From assembly GCF_009914755.1 (NCBI RefSeq), contig NC_060926.1: a DNA stretch of 64,000 nt, one strand, 5' to 3'. This stretch comes from the human T2T-CHM13v2.0 reference genome, Homo sapiens. Both the position numbers and the translations under genes were made by a program. The notes under the pieces were generated by a model. That model did no database searches and had not been told where the DNA came from. It worked only from the letters and a program-made list of their open reading frames with translations. Below, piece after piece: positions 46,006 through 58,216 of the stretch (within the stretch, counting starts at the first letter, position 1; each line of letters opens with the position of its first letter).

Positions 46006-46849
46006 TGTGCTCTCCAGCTCAACATGCAATGCACACTTCATTTCTCTGCGGATTGCTCCCATTCTTCTCAGCAGCTCTGGCAAAATTTGCTGTGATCTTC
46101 TCATTCCATGCTCACCTCCTCTAAAAACAAAGCAACTCATTCAACTTCCTACTCATCCTCTCCTTGCCATTCATCTACATCCACACCCATTTTTTAAACT
46201 TCCCATGCAATAAGAAACGTGTGGCTCTCAGAGGCCCAGGCTGACCTGACCACTCCCAGCCCAAAGCTAATCTTACCACTCCCACTTCCTCCCTCTGCTG
46301 TGAATTACTTAAAATTTCTAAAATACCTTTAACCCTTCCGTTTCCACCACCTCCACTTCAGGAACTTACCTGATGCCTCACTTCTGTCTTCTAAATTAGA
46401 CCTCATCTAATCCCGCCTTCATACCAGACTGTGATTAGCTGATATGTGTTCTATATGAGAATTCAAAATCTTTAGCTGAACAGAAATATGCAATAATGAC
46501 ACTTTAGGTCTCTACTCTTTGCCTGTGGCAAGAATTTGGGGTTTAGAGACCTCTCCAATGCCCATGAAATTATACTTGTTGTTCAACTTTTCCTCCTCCC
46601 TCTTAGGTCAGGAGTTCTGTGCCATTCCTGAATACAGAGGGGACATTTGAACCTAACCTAGAAGGGATATTCCAAAAGGTTTTTAAAATCAAATTATAGT
46701 AATATTTTAAAGAGAAAAAGAATGGATTGTATATATTATTTTATATGAAGTGCAATGTGCATGAAAGTATTCTCTGCTTTGTGCCTTTGATATGAATATT
46801 ATGGAGTTATTCTAGAAAAGATGCTGCATTGTTGAAATCAGTCACTTAC

Positions 46850-46871
46850 CTTGATTTCTTATCATTATTAT
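46850..46871 (-). CDS. ABCB11: ABCB11 exon 3 (22-nt micro-exon)
   Basis: AT AAT AAT GAT AAG AAA TCA AG = (Y)NNDKKS(R); T9-ctgacag acceptor, AG|gtaagt donor; needed to keep frame between exons 2 and 4. Confidence 0.95.
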
Positions 46872-47052
46872 CTGTCAGAAAAAAAAATCAACGCAAAAAA
46901 GCAGTTAATAATAATGACAAAATGCAACGCAGTCATTAAGAAATTTGCTCTAGAAAAATATTCCTATAAATTACCTTTATTCATGGAATATTAGCAAATG
47001 ACTATTTGCCTTTTCTTTCTTCCTGCTCATATTGTCTCTCTCTCTCTATCTT

Positions 47053-47055
<3 letters not shown>

Positions 47056-47095
<40 letters not shown>
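47056..47095. repeat. (AC)20 microsatellite in intron 2
   Basis: Uninterrupted 40-bp AC run, preceded by a short (TC)n. Confidence 0.97.
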
Positions 47096-47097
<2 letters not shown>

Positions 47098-48014
47098 AGA
47101 CACTCGTTTAGGGTCCAGGAGTGCTGCTACCTTTACTCATTTATGGACTTTTCTTCAGGACATGAAATATTTGCATCATCTGAATATCAAATGGACAGCA
47201 ACTTTTTGAACTACAAAATAAAATTGATATTTATTTATTGTCTGGTTCTTTAAAAGCATCAGAATTTATCTGTTTAAAATATAGACCACAAATTAACAAT
47301 AAGATGTTAATAACAAGATGTCATTAACACTTCTACACTAGTAGAAGCCATAGGATTGAGACCACATACTGTTTTCCCCAGTATAGGTCAGAATAGATGC
47401 AGGGCAGGAGGTGAAAGTCAGTGATTATAGCCAGGGGTGTAAGGAAGCCACTAGGGAGCTTTGTCATTCAACACTATCATGCCTGTTTACTCTTATTAAA
47501 GTAAAGAAGCATGATAATGTTGACAGACGGCAATATCTTGGGCTTGGGAATCAAACACAACTGGATTAGAATTATGGTTCCATTAATTTTACTCATGAGT
47601 TCCTTGCCAAGTTTCAAAAACATATCCAAGTCTCAGTTTTGTCATCTGTAAAATGTAAAATCATAGGGTTAGAAAACAATAGCTTAGAACCATCTGAGCC
47701 CAGGACATCCCAGGTGCTAGTGCTATAGGCCCCCTCCACATGATCTCATTCTGGTCTGCAGAGTCTGGGCACAGTTCTTCCTAAGGAGGAGCGCTCACTC
47801 AATTATGATTAATAATAACAATACAGGACTAAAGGTAGTCATAACAGCCACCACTGGAACAACCCTACTCTATCTAGGAAAGGTGTTGGTGAGAGATGCT
47901 TTCATTTACACACACTTGGTGTGTTCTTACCTAGTGCTTTCAGATATTACGTTACATGGATTCTAGGGAGAGCCACACAGTTGTGTATAAGAATCACACA
48001 CAATGATACTTCTA

Positions 48015-48224
<210 letters not shown>

Positions 48225-49495
48225 CTATAAAATAAAATAAAAGAATCATTGCAATTATTATCTCTTCTTTCTTCTTTAATCAAAGTAGCCAAACGAAAGA
48301 ACAATTTGGTTCAAGAAATAATCTTTACTAATCAATCTCAGACAAAAGTTTTAAAATCGGTTAATAACTCCCTGAAAGAGCCTAATTATCAGGAAAGATA
48401 AGCCACAGTCATTGATAAAGGTTTTCTCTAGTTGTTACATGGATGGTTGTTTTTTATAGCTTAATTATAGGAAAGATAAAGCAAAACCATTGATAAATTT
48501 TCCTCTAGTTGTTGGATGGATGGTTATTCTTTCTGCTTATCTGTGCTTTATTTATTTTTAATGAGAAAACATTAAAACCATGAGAAAGGCAAACCAACTG
48601 GTGATATTCTTGAGTCACTGTAGTTGATGAACGACACCCACATACTGTTGGGTAACCTTCAGTGTTCCTTTGTAAATGCAACCTCAAGGTAAGGTGAGTC
48701 AAGCTTGGATCAAAGGAACAGAAGGAAGACATTTTCTAAATAAAATGTAAATGTCGACAGAGTCATGATTAGTCTTATTCACAGTGGAAAAATTAGTTTA
48801 TAGAGGGTACAGGCTGAGAATTCCAGGATATAGACACTCGATTCAGCATGAAGTTTATGCTTCACTAACTTTCTCTGCTTCAAATATATAGCAATGGTGG
48901 ATAACATGTTTTTAAAAAGAGATACAGTCAGACTCAAATAAATAAAAATAAACATCTTCAGGAACCAGAAATGGCAGAGAAGTACCGAAGAGTAAGCAGA
49001 GCACAGAAGCAGCTGGTATTTTCCCCTCAGCGTCTGGATGCTGACGAGTGTGAGAGTTTAGCTGGCGAGAGGACTGTAAGTGCCCCAAATCAAACAGGGG
49101 GCTAGAGACCATCTCTTCGCTTGGAGCCAGAGGAGCTAATGTGGGCCCCATGCACTGCTGAGAAGACCCTGAGGAAACTGCTGGCCACCATTGAAGCATC
49201 TATTCCTTATGATGAAATGCAGACCCATGGAGGTCACAGGAGGAGACCGTGATATGTATTACATACATATATACACACATGTACAAATAAAAGAGAGAAA
49301 GGGGGAGTTATGAAAATCTTCTAAATTCACCTAATTGGAATCCCAGAAGCAGAGAGTGGAGAATGACAGAAGTGTAATAATTAAAGAGATAATTGCTAAG
49401 AATTTTCCAGAAGCAATTACCTGATTCTTCAAATTAACAGTAGACACCAAGAATTGATTGGAATAGATATCAGTCAAAACTTAGATACATTATAT

Positions 49496-49751
49496 AGAAA
49501 TGTCCCTCAGTATATGCAGGAGATTGGTTCTAGCACTCCCATGTATACCAAAATTTGCATATACCAAAATCCAGGTATACACAAGTCCTACAGTTGGCTT
49601 GCAGAACTTGTGCATAGGAAAAATTGGCTCTACATATCCACTGGTTTTGCATCCTGAGAATACTATATTTTTCATCTGAGATTGGTTGAAAACAATCCCC
49701 ATACAAGTGGACCTCCACAGTTGCAACCTGTGTTGTTCAAGAATCAAACTG
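49496..49751. mobile_element. MER8/Tigger2-derived MITE
   Basis: tgtccctcagtatatgcaggagattggttc...gtggacctccacagttgcaacctgtgttgttcaagaatcaaactg|ta. Confidence 0.7.
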
Positions 49752-49759
49752 TAGTAAAG

Positions 49760-52700
49760 CATCAAGAATAAACAAAATCCATCCTAAACACTGTGAAAGG
49801 GGAAAATGCATATTCAAATATAAAGAACAGACTGACAGAAGTTTTCTCATCAGCAATAGAGGCTAGAAAACAGTGGCGTAATGTCTTCAAAGTGATGAGA
49901 AAAAAAAGTAATCTTTAACTTAGAATTTTACACTGAGCCAAAAAATTATTCAGCATCTTTACAGACATTCAAAGTCAGAGGGTTTACACTTACAGACCTG
50001 CATAAAACAACAACTAGAGGATGTGCCTTAGCCAGAAGGAGTATCCAGAAGGGAGCCATGAAAGAGAGAAACAAGGGTGAGCACAAGAGTTAACAAAATA
50101 TGTCAGGACGGCCAATCAAATATTGATACCAAGTATAACCTTTTATATTTCAAAAGAACATAATTAAAACTCTACACAGTATGTAGATATGAGTGTAACT
50201 TGAACACAAGATAAGGTGTTCGATATGCAGATAAAGTATGTTAAGTTCATTGTTATGACAATCTGAGGACATTGTTTTATAATTATAATTAAATACATAT
50301 TTATACAACTATAATTAAATATATGTTTGATTAAACCAAAGGAAATTGCCAATATTTAACCATTTTTTAATTACAAAGTTCAACTAATATCTGAACAAAG
50401 TTCAACCAATATCTGAAAATTTTAAGAAAAAGCAATGAAAAAGTACCAGTAAAATCTATAGTTTCTAAATAAGCAAAGGATTAAAAACTAAGTATGTAGA
50501 AAATGTCATCAATCCAACAAAAGTTAAAAAAAACTAAAGAAACTAAAAAAAGCATAACAAACAGAAAACATAAATGAATATTATTGAAAATAGTCCAAAC
50601 GGTTCAGTAATTACGGTAAATGTATGTAGATTGAAGTACTGATACATGCTACACAGATGAACCTCAAAATCATGCTACGTGAAAGAAGACGGTCTCAAAA
50701 GACCACATACTGTATGATTCCATTTACATGAAATGTCCAAGATAGGCAAATCTATAGGGACAGAAAATAAATAAGTGGTTGCCTAATGCTGGGGTAGGGG
50801 TAGGGGTGGGAGGGGAATGAGGAGTGACTGGTAACAGATATAAGGTTTCTTTTGGGGATGAAGAAAATGTTCTAAAGTTAGATTATGGTGATGGTCGCAC
50901 AACTCTGTTAATATATTGAAAACCATTGAATACTTTACATAGGTGAACTCTGTGATATGTAAATTATACCCTCAAAAGGCTGTTTTTTAAAAAAAGACAG
51001 GTCAGTTTATTGAATTTTTTAAAGTCAAGACATACACTTTTTTTTTTTTTCTGAGACCAAGTCTTGCTCTGTTGCCCAGGCTGGAGTACAGTGGCTCAAT
51101 CTTGGCTCACTGCAACCTCCACCTCTTGGGTTCATGTGATTCTCCTGCCTCAGCCTCCTGAGTAGCTGGGATTACGGGTATGAGCCACCATGCCTGGATC
51201 ATTTTTGTATTTTTAGTAGAGATGGAGTTTCACCATATTGGCCAGGCTGGTCTCAAACTCCTGGCCTCTGATTATCTGTCTGCCTTAGCCTCCCAAAGTG
51301 CTGAGATTACAGGCATGAGCCACCACACCCAGCCAATCCAGACATATACTTATTATAAATGAAATAATTTATAAAATCATAAAAATGGTCCAAAATTAAA
51401 GGGTGAAAAGGATACGTCATGCAAATACTGATGTCTCAAAGCTGTTATGTTAATGTCAGAAAAATAGAATCCATGTTCAAAACAATAATGGATATAATAA
51501 AGGACATATAATAATTAAAAGTACAATCCAGCTAGAAGACAAATCAATTATTGGATTGTATATACCCAGCAACCTAACACAACATAGCCTGCAACTGTAA
51601 TGAAAAATTTAAACACAACTTTATTAGAAACTGATAAACAGACAAAAAATTAGAAAACATAAAAGCTTTTCAAATAAAAAATAAGTAATTTTATGTAATT
51701 TACTACATAAAATTTTTCTTAAAATTTGGTTGAACATTGTTCATATATTAGTTGAACTTTCTAAGTAAAAAAAGATTAAATGTTGGCAATTTCATTTGAT
51801 TTAATCAAATATATATTTAATTATAATTGTAACACAATGTCGATAGATTTTCATGACAAATTTCATTACTATGGAACCTGCAACCAAGACATTTTTCAAT
51901 TACATTTGGCATTTTTATAAAACTTACCCATTAATAAGCCATAAAAAATTTCTACAAATGAAAAACTATGTATTTCTCTATATTGTTGTTATTCTTAAGG
52001 GTGTATATTCTGACAATGCAATTAAATAAAAACTAAAAAATTAAACACTAGTAAAACACACACACATATACTCAGTAAAATTGTGTGTGTTACAAACTTT
52101 AAAATACATATGCAGATAAATATGGGTTAAGGATGAAATCATGACAGAAATAGAAAATATTTAAAATATGGTGATAAATATGTAAAATCTTGTGGGCTAC
52201 AGCTAAAAAGATACTTCAAGATTTATTTATAAAGATAAATGCATTTTGCTTTTAAGAGATTAATGAATGAATTATGTTCTAATCAAGAACCTAAAAAATG
52301 CAAGATTTATAAGATAGAAAACAAAATAAAATGAAAAACAGTAGAAAGGATATATCAATTCAAAAGTTGTTTTTTGAAAACTAAAAACATGCAAGTCAAT
52401 AAGACTGTTGAAGAAAAGAGATATAAATCACAAATACTAATTGAAAATGGGAAAGGTAAAATAAATAAAGTTTTAAATCATAAGCAAATACTAAGTAATT
52501 TCATGGTAGTAAATTTGAAAACCAGGTTAAGATTAATTTTCTAGAAAAATATGAGTTATCAAAATTTGTTTATAAAGGAATAGAAAACTTAAAAAGTAAT
52601 GGCTATTAAAATATTGATTCAATATTCAAAAGTCTCCCACCTCAAAAAACAACAGGGCTAGATAATGTTACAGGCAAATTTTACCAAAACTTCAAACAGT

Positions 52701-54060
52701 AGATAATTCTAATCTTATATAAATAGTTTTGGTGAAAAGAAAAATAAGAAAAGCTACCCAAATCATTTTATAAAGCAAGTATAATTTTGACATCAAAACA
52801 AAGAAGGATAAAAATAGGCTTATAATTACTTCTGAAAACAGATTTTAAAATGATAAATAAAATATGTTAAATATAATTCAGCAGTTTATGAAAAAAATGA
52901 AGCAATGTTGATCCCAGGAATGCAATGATTATTTAAGGTAAAAAATAATTAATCATTTTCATAAATGCAAAAAGTATTCAGTAAAAATCATTATCCATTC
53001 CTGTTTTGAAAACCTATAAAATTAAAAAAAAATCATTATTTTGCAACCCTAATGAATAAATTTGGGGTAATGATCAGCAGTGAATACTAAAACTATTCAT
53101 TGAAATATTGGCAAAGATGAAATATCCAGTAGTACAAAGTGTTGTTAAGATGTGGAGGAAAGAGTCCTTTCATGCACAGCTAATGAGAATATAAATTGAC
53201 TGAATGACTTTGGATAGCAATTTGGAAATATCTAGCAAGGCTAAACATGTTAATACCCCAGATCCCAGAATATCCTTCTCTGGTATTTTCCTCAACAATT
53301 TAAAAAATAATTAACAATGAAATGGCATTTAATACGTGGCAGGCACTGTTCTAAATGCTTTATACATGCTATGCCATAAAACCTCCCAACAGCCTCCTGA
53401 GATGGGTATTATGACTATCCCCGTTTTCCAGATAAGGGCACTAAAGTATGAAGGACTAAGTCACAAGCTCAAGAGCACAAGTTAGTAAGTGATACAGCCG
53501 AGATTGAAACTCAGAAAATGCATGCAGAGATATGTGTAAGCTTGTTTATTGCAGTACTTCTTTGGAAACAAAAAGCTAGGAGAAAATACAAATGAACAAG
53601 AGATTGATTCAATAATCTATAGAATAGACACACAGTGGAATATTATCTAGCCATTAAAATCAATGAATTGGCATGGATAAATCTCAACAAACGTAAGTTT
53701 AAACAAACAAGACAAAGTTTCAGAATGATACTGTATGATGCCATTTATGTAAATTGTGTTACCTGCAAATCACTATTTGTAATGTTCGTAGATATATAGA
53801 TACGCAGTAGAAATATAAAGACTTACCTGAAACTGATAAGCACTGAATTAACGATAGTGGTTACCTCTGAGGAAAAGAAGTGGAATGAGACTGGGGAGGG
53901 GCTCAGAGGGCCCCTGAACTGTATCTGCATGTTTTAATTTCTTAAAACAAAAAGTTCCAGCAAGTATGGCATAGGGTTTAAGATACGATAAAGTTGGAAG
54001 GAGGTAACTTGGTGTTCATTAAGTTTTTCTCTTTTTTTTCCTGTGGCTTTAAAATATTTC
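49760..54060 (+). mobile_element. Very old LINE-1 (L1ME-like) ORF1/ORF2/3' UTR remnants with nested L1, Alu and MIR
   Basis: A-rich plus strand with degenerate L1 motifs (gacagaagttttctcatcagcaata, ttacaggcaaattttaccaaaacttcaa, cccaggaatgcaatgat). Confidence 0.65.
51037..51334 (-). mobile_element. Alu (AluS-like)
   Basis: Poly-T, then a full dimeric Alu reverse complement. Confidence 0.93.
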
Positions 54061-54065
54061 ATGAT

Positions 54066-54296
54066 ATGGATACAGGGAGCACAGGGAGGGGAACAACACA
54101 CACTGGGGCCTATTGGGGGAGGGCAGTGGGGAGAGCATTAGGAAAAATAGCTAACGCATGCCGGGCTTAATACCTAGGTGATGGATTGATAGGTGCAGCA
54201 AACCACCATGGCACACGTTTACCTATGTAACAAACCTGCACATCTGGCATGTGTACCCCAGAACTTAAAATAAAATAAAATAAAACTTAAAAAAGA
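54066..54296 (+). mobile_element. Short L1PA 3' UTR fragment
   Basis: gaggggaacaacacacactggggcc...aacaaacctgcacatc...cagaacttaaaataaaataaaa. Confidence 0.88.
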
Positions 54297-54484
54297 ACAT
54301 ATGGAAAGCTGGATAATGCCACAAAAGGGTTAATGTTAGCAAGCTTGGGATGGAGGCACTATGCACCATCATCATGTATTTTTCCATCTTAAGCAGCATA
54401 CCACTCCTAAATAAAACAAAATCATTTTGCAGAAAATAAAACACTTCATGACAGAAAATAATTTTTTTCTTAACCCTGGTGAAT

Positions 54485-54900
54485 CTCTTTTAATTAAACA
54501 AATTAGAGCAGTTTTGATTTTATAGAAAAATTGTGAAGATGGTACAAAATTCCCATGTACCCCACACCCAGTTATTAATGTCTTACATTATTAGTATTAA
54601 TGTCTTACATTAGTATTAACGTACCAATGTGCACTGTAAATGTCTTGCATTAGTATTAATGAACCAATATTGATACATTATTATTAGCTAGAGTGCATAA
54701 TTTATTCAAATTCCCTTATTTTTCACCTAATTCCTTTTCTGTTCCAGGATTCCATCTAGGATACCAAGTTTATAATGTTATATTAAGTTGTCATATCTTG
54801 TTAAGCAACTCTTGGCTATGACAATTTCTCATACTTTCCTTGTTTTTAATGACCTTGGCAGTTTTGAGGAGTACTCATCACTTATTTTGTAGAATGTCCC
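54485..54900 (-). mobile_element. L1M 3' UTR fragment
   Basis: ttagagcagttttgattttatagaaaaattg...gaaccaatattgatacattattatta...gaccttggcagttttgaggagtact. Confidence 0.75.
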
Positions 54901-57900
54901 TTAATAGCATATTAAGAAGTAGAGTAAGAAATATTATTTAATTAAGTAGTTTATGAGGCTGGTTTAAAATATACTAAAGGAACCAGATTCAAAGTTATTT
55001 TATTCAAGAACAAAATTTGCTCACTATAGCAGTATTATATTCAGAGACTGTAACATTTGCCGGTTACACAATTTTTGAAGTTTTAACCAAATTTTTTTTC
55101 AAAAAAACAGAGAGACTCTTTAATAATGAGAAAATAATAAACAACATTTAACCACAGATGTGTTATTGCATTTCCTAATTTTAAAATACAATATTAAAAA
55201 AATTTAGTCTCCATTTATTTTTTCCCTTGGCTTAGCTCTCCATTTAAAAAGGTTTCTTTCCACTGGTGTGCAAATACCTCGTAGTATTTAGAGGACAGTG
55301 GTGTAGTGTCTTGCCCACGAAATTTGGAGTCTCTCAGATCCTGATACACCTGTTGCTTCACTCTACGTAGTTGGATTTATTTTAAAATCTCTCTCCACGT
55401 CCTGATTTCTCCATCTTTCATGTCAGGAAGTGGTGGTGATGGTGGTAAAATCCACCTTGCAGGACTGGTGTGAAGATGAAATGAAACTGTATCTCTACAG
55501 CAGCCAGCAAAAGGGAGATAGCAGCTGAAGTTCCCTTTGCCCTTCAAGCTTAAAGACCGAGTCCTCCCTACCTGATCCTCCACCCCATCTGCCCTTCCAG
55601 GGTCATTTGTAGTAATCTGTCCTCCATTAAGCACAGGAATACTAATCCACTAACCTATTCTCTTTACTTTCCTTCTGTGTCCCCTTGTCAATTCCATACA
55701 TTAGGTTTCAATTGCTTACATTTTGCTTCTTTCCGAATACCCCTACAAATAGTTTTTGTGGTTTCTATTTTACTGTTAAAAGTTACATTCTAAAAGGCAA
55801 AAATCCATTAAATCATGCGTCTCTATGCCCACAGCATTGTCAATGCCCCTCAGTCAGTGAGCACCAAGAATACATCTGTAGCTAAACAAGTCGTGTTTGC
55901 TACTCATTGCACCAAGGGTGAACACACTGTCAGGGGCTGTGGGGCATCTCAGTAAAATGGTGTTAGAAAGAACCTGTTACAGAACTCGGGCTTTAGTCAG
56001 ATGATTTGGGGAAGGATCTAATGTAGTGGGTATTTGTTCTAAATTAGATGCTGTTAAAAAGCTGGGACTATGTTATGACTAGATAAAGAAATAACAGCCA
56101 TTCATTTAGCAAGGTGTTTGGTATTTTGTGGGTTGCACAGTGACCTTGATTTTGCCTTTGCTGAGAACAAAGTATAAATTGACCTTGCATTGACTCAAAG
56201 TAACTTTGAGGTTGGTACTCTGTGAGATTGTTTATGTCTAATAAGAGAATAACATGGCTTAGGTGTGAGTACCAGGCCAGCTATGAAATGGAACAGGGTG
56301 TTCTTTTGTTTGTTTTCTTTGTTTGTTTTCTTTCTCAGCATCAAGTGCATCACTCTGAACTTTGGTAGTCCACTGTTCTTTTTTGACATGCCAAGGAGCT
56401 ATACTTCAAAAGATGTATACTCTCTAGGGCTAAAGGCATGCACTGGTTGTTCAGTCAGAAATGGAAGCTAGTCCCTTTATCTTTGGGCAGCTTAGAAACG
56501 GCTGTGATGATTTTTGAAGGCCATTGTGCTGAAAATCTTAATTACTTGCATGTACCCACAAAAACACTGGGAATTTTATAACACTAAGTTTGGGAAAGTA
56601 CACTGAAAAACCGAAATTTCTAGAAAGAATGAAGGCCTTGCCTGTGATATTTGCCACAAAAGAGGTTTTCAGAATTGAATATTAGATGAATTGCCATGTA
56701 TCATTATGAATGTAGAATATATATCTGATATATATTATTAGACCATGTTTTCTTCCACTGGCAAATTATTTTTTTTATTAGATGAGATGTTGGGAAACCC
56801 ATACATCAGATGCTGGAGGACATGGCTGCCAGTCTCTGAAACCCTGGAAATGCAGTGGGAATCTAGTTTTTGGTGATAAACATATTTGTTTTGCAGGTTC
56901 TTGAGAGTGTACCTCCTCCTCATTTGGCACTTTCTATGATTTAAGAGTACCATGGTGTTTTGCCACATTATTTTTCCTCACTGATTACAAGTAGATATAA
57001 TGTCACCTAGTTCTACTGTCTCGGCCATTAGCTGTAACACTTTTTTAGCACCTAACCTAATAACTTGATTTGAGTTTCATACATTGAAGGAGGCTTTAAT
57101 TAGGGTTTCTTAACAAATTTACAATAACAAAATTTTACTTAAACTAACACAAGAAAACTCAGAGTTGAAAATAACATCCAATGCTATTTCATTTTTACTG
57201 TGCACTTTAACATATTAAATTATTTTAACCTCCCCAAAATCTCTTCAGGAACAGACTGAGAATTTTCAAGGCATTCCAGAAAAATGTATTTTCCAATAAA
57301 CTTAAGGGAATCTAAGAGTAAAAAGCAGGAAATCGAGATGTCTAAGCACTAGTTGGCAGACTTTGGACACCTAATCATAGAATCCCCCAAGAATTCTTAA
57401 TTGTCCACACCAACTCCAGTGTTCCTCTCTGCTAAGTGACATGTGGTCTATAACCTGCACACTATATGCGCTTCTGTTTAACTATTCAGGGTTGAAGTTT
57501 TCTCTTGATAAAATGTGTAATCTTATCAACACAGATACGCACATTAGAGAACAGTCTCCTGACAATTACTGGTAAAAACATATCAAAGATGTTTCTATCT
57601 TACACTCTAACAACAGCATTCTGAAAGACCTCACTGCTGGGGAGGAGGGGATGGGGAAGAGAGACCATCAGCTAGATGGTCACTTGAGAGAACCTAGTAC
57701 TTTGACTGACCTTAAAAATGGGCCTGAATGAGTAGTACCACAAAGGTCCTGAGGCTGTCAAAATTGGAGGAGATACAGGGTTCTACAAGCCATGCCAGAA
57801 AGAAATCAAAGATCCTGAGAGCATAAAATGTCAGTGCCCACTACTTGCCACTACAGCAAGGCTGCTAGTGTGAACTGGTGGGGATGTCAGCCTGGAGCAA

Positions 57901-58044
57901 CAGATGGACAGGCTGATCTTCACCAATGGCTGGGATCAATACTAGCAATTGGCTATTGGTATTGTAGAAGAATTGAAGAAAAAAAAAGGGTCAGGGTTGA
58001 GAAAAGGTGTCTCCAGAGCTGAATCCTTCTGGGCTGAAAGATAC

Positions 58045-58216
58045 CATTACCATCCTATTTTATAAATACAGTTTTATGGGAACACAGTCATACCCGTTCA
58101 TTTTCTATTATCTTTGGCTGCTTCTGTGCTACAGTGACAGAATGTATGGCCCTTTCTCTCTCCCATACCTAAAATATTCACTATACAGCTCTTTGCAGAA
58201 AATGTCAACCCCTGTA
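58045..58216. mobile_element. MER58-like fragment
   Basis: tataaatacagttttatgggaacacagtcat...ggctgcttctgtgctacag...aaaatgtcaacccctg. Confidence 0.6.

Noticed and set aside
50791-50815. G-quadruplex-like ggggtaggggtaggggtgggagggg (also the G tract at ~39651-39673)
   Set aside because: Ordinary G-rich tract of L1 3' UTRs; nothing locus-specific
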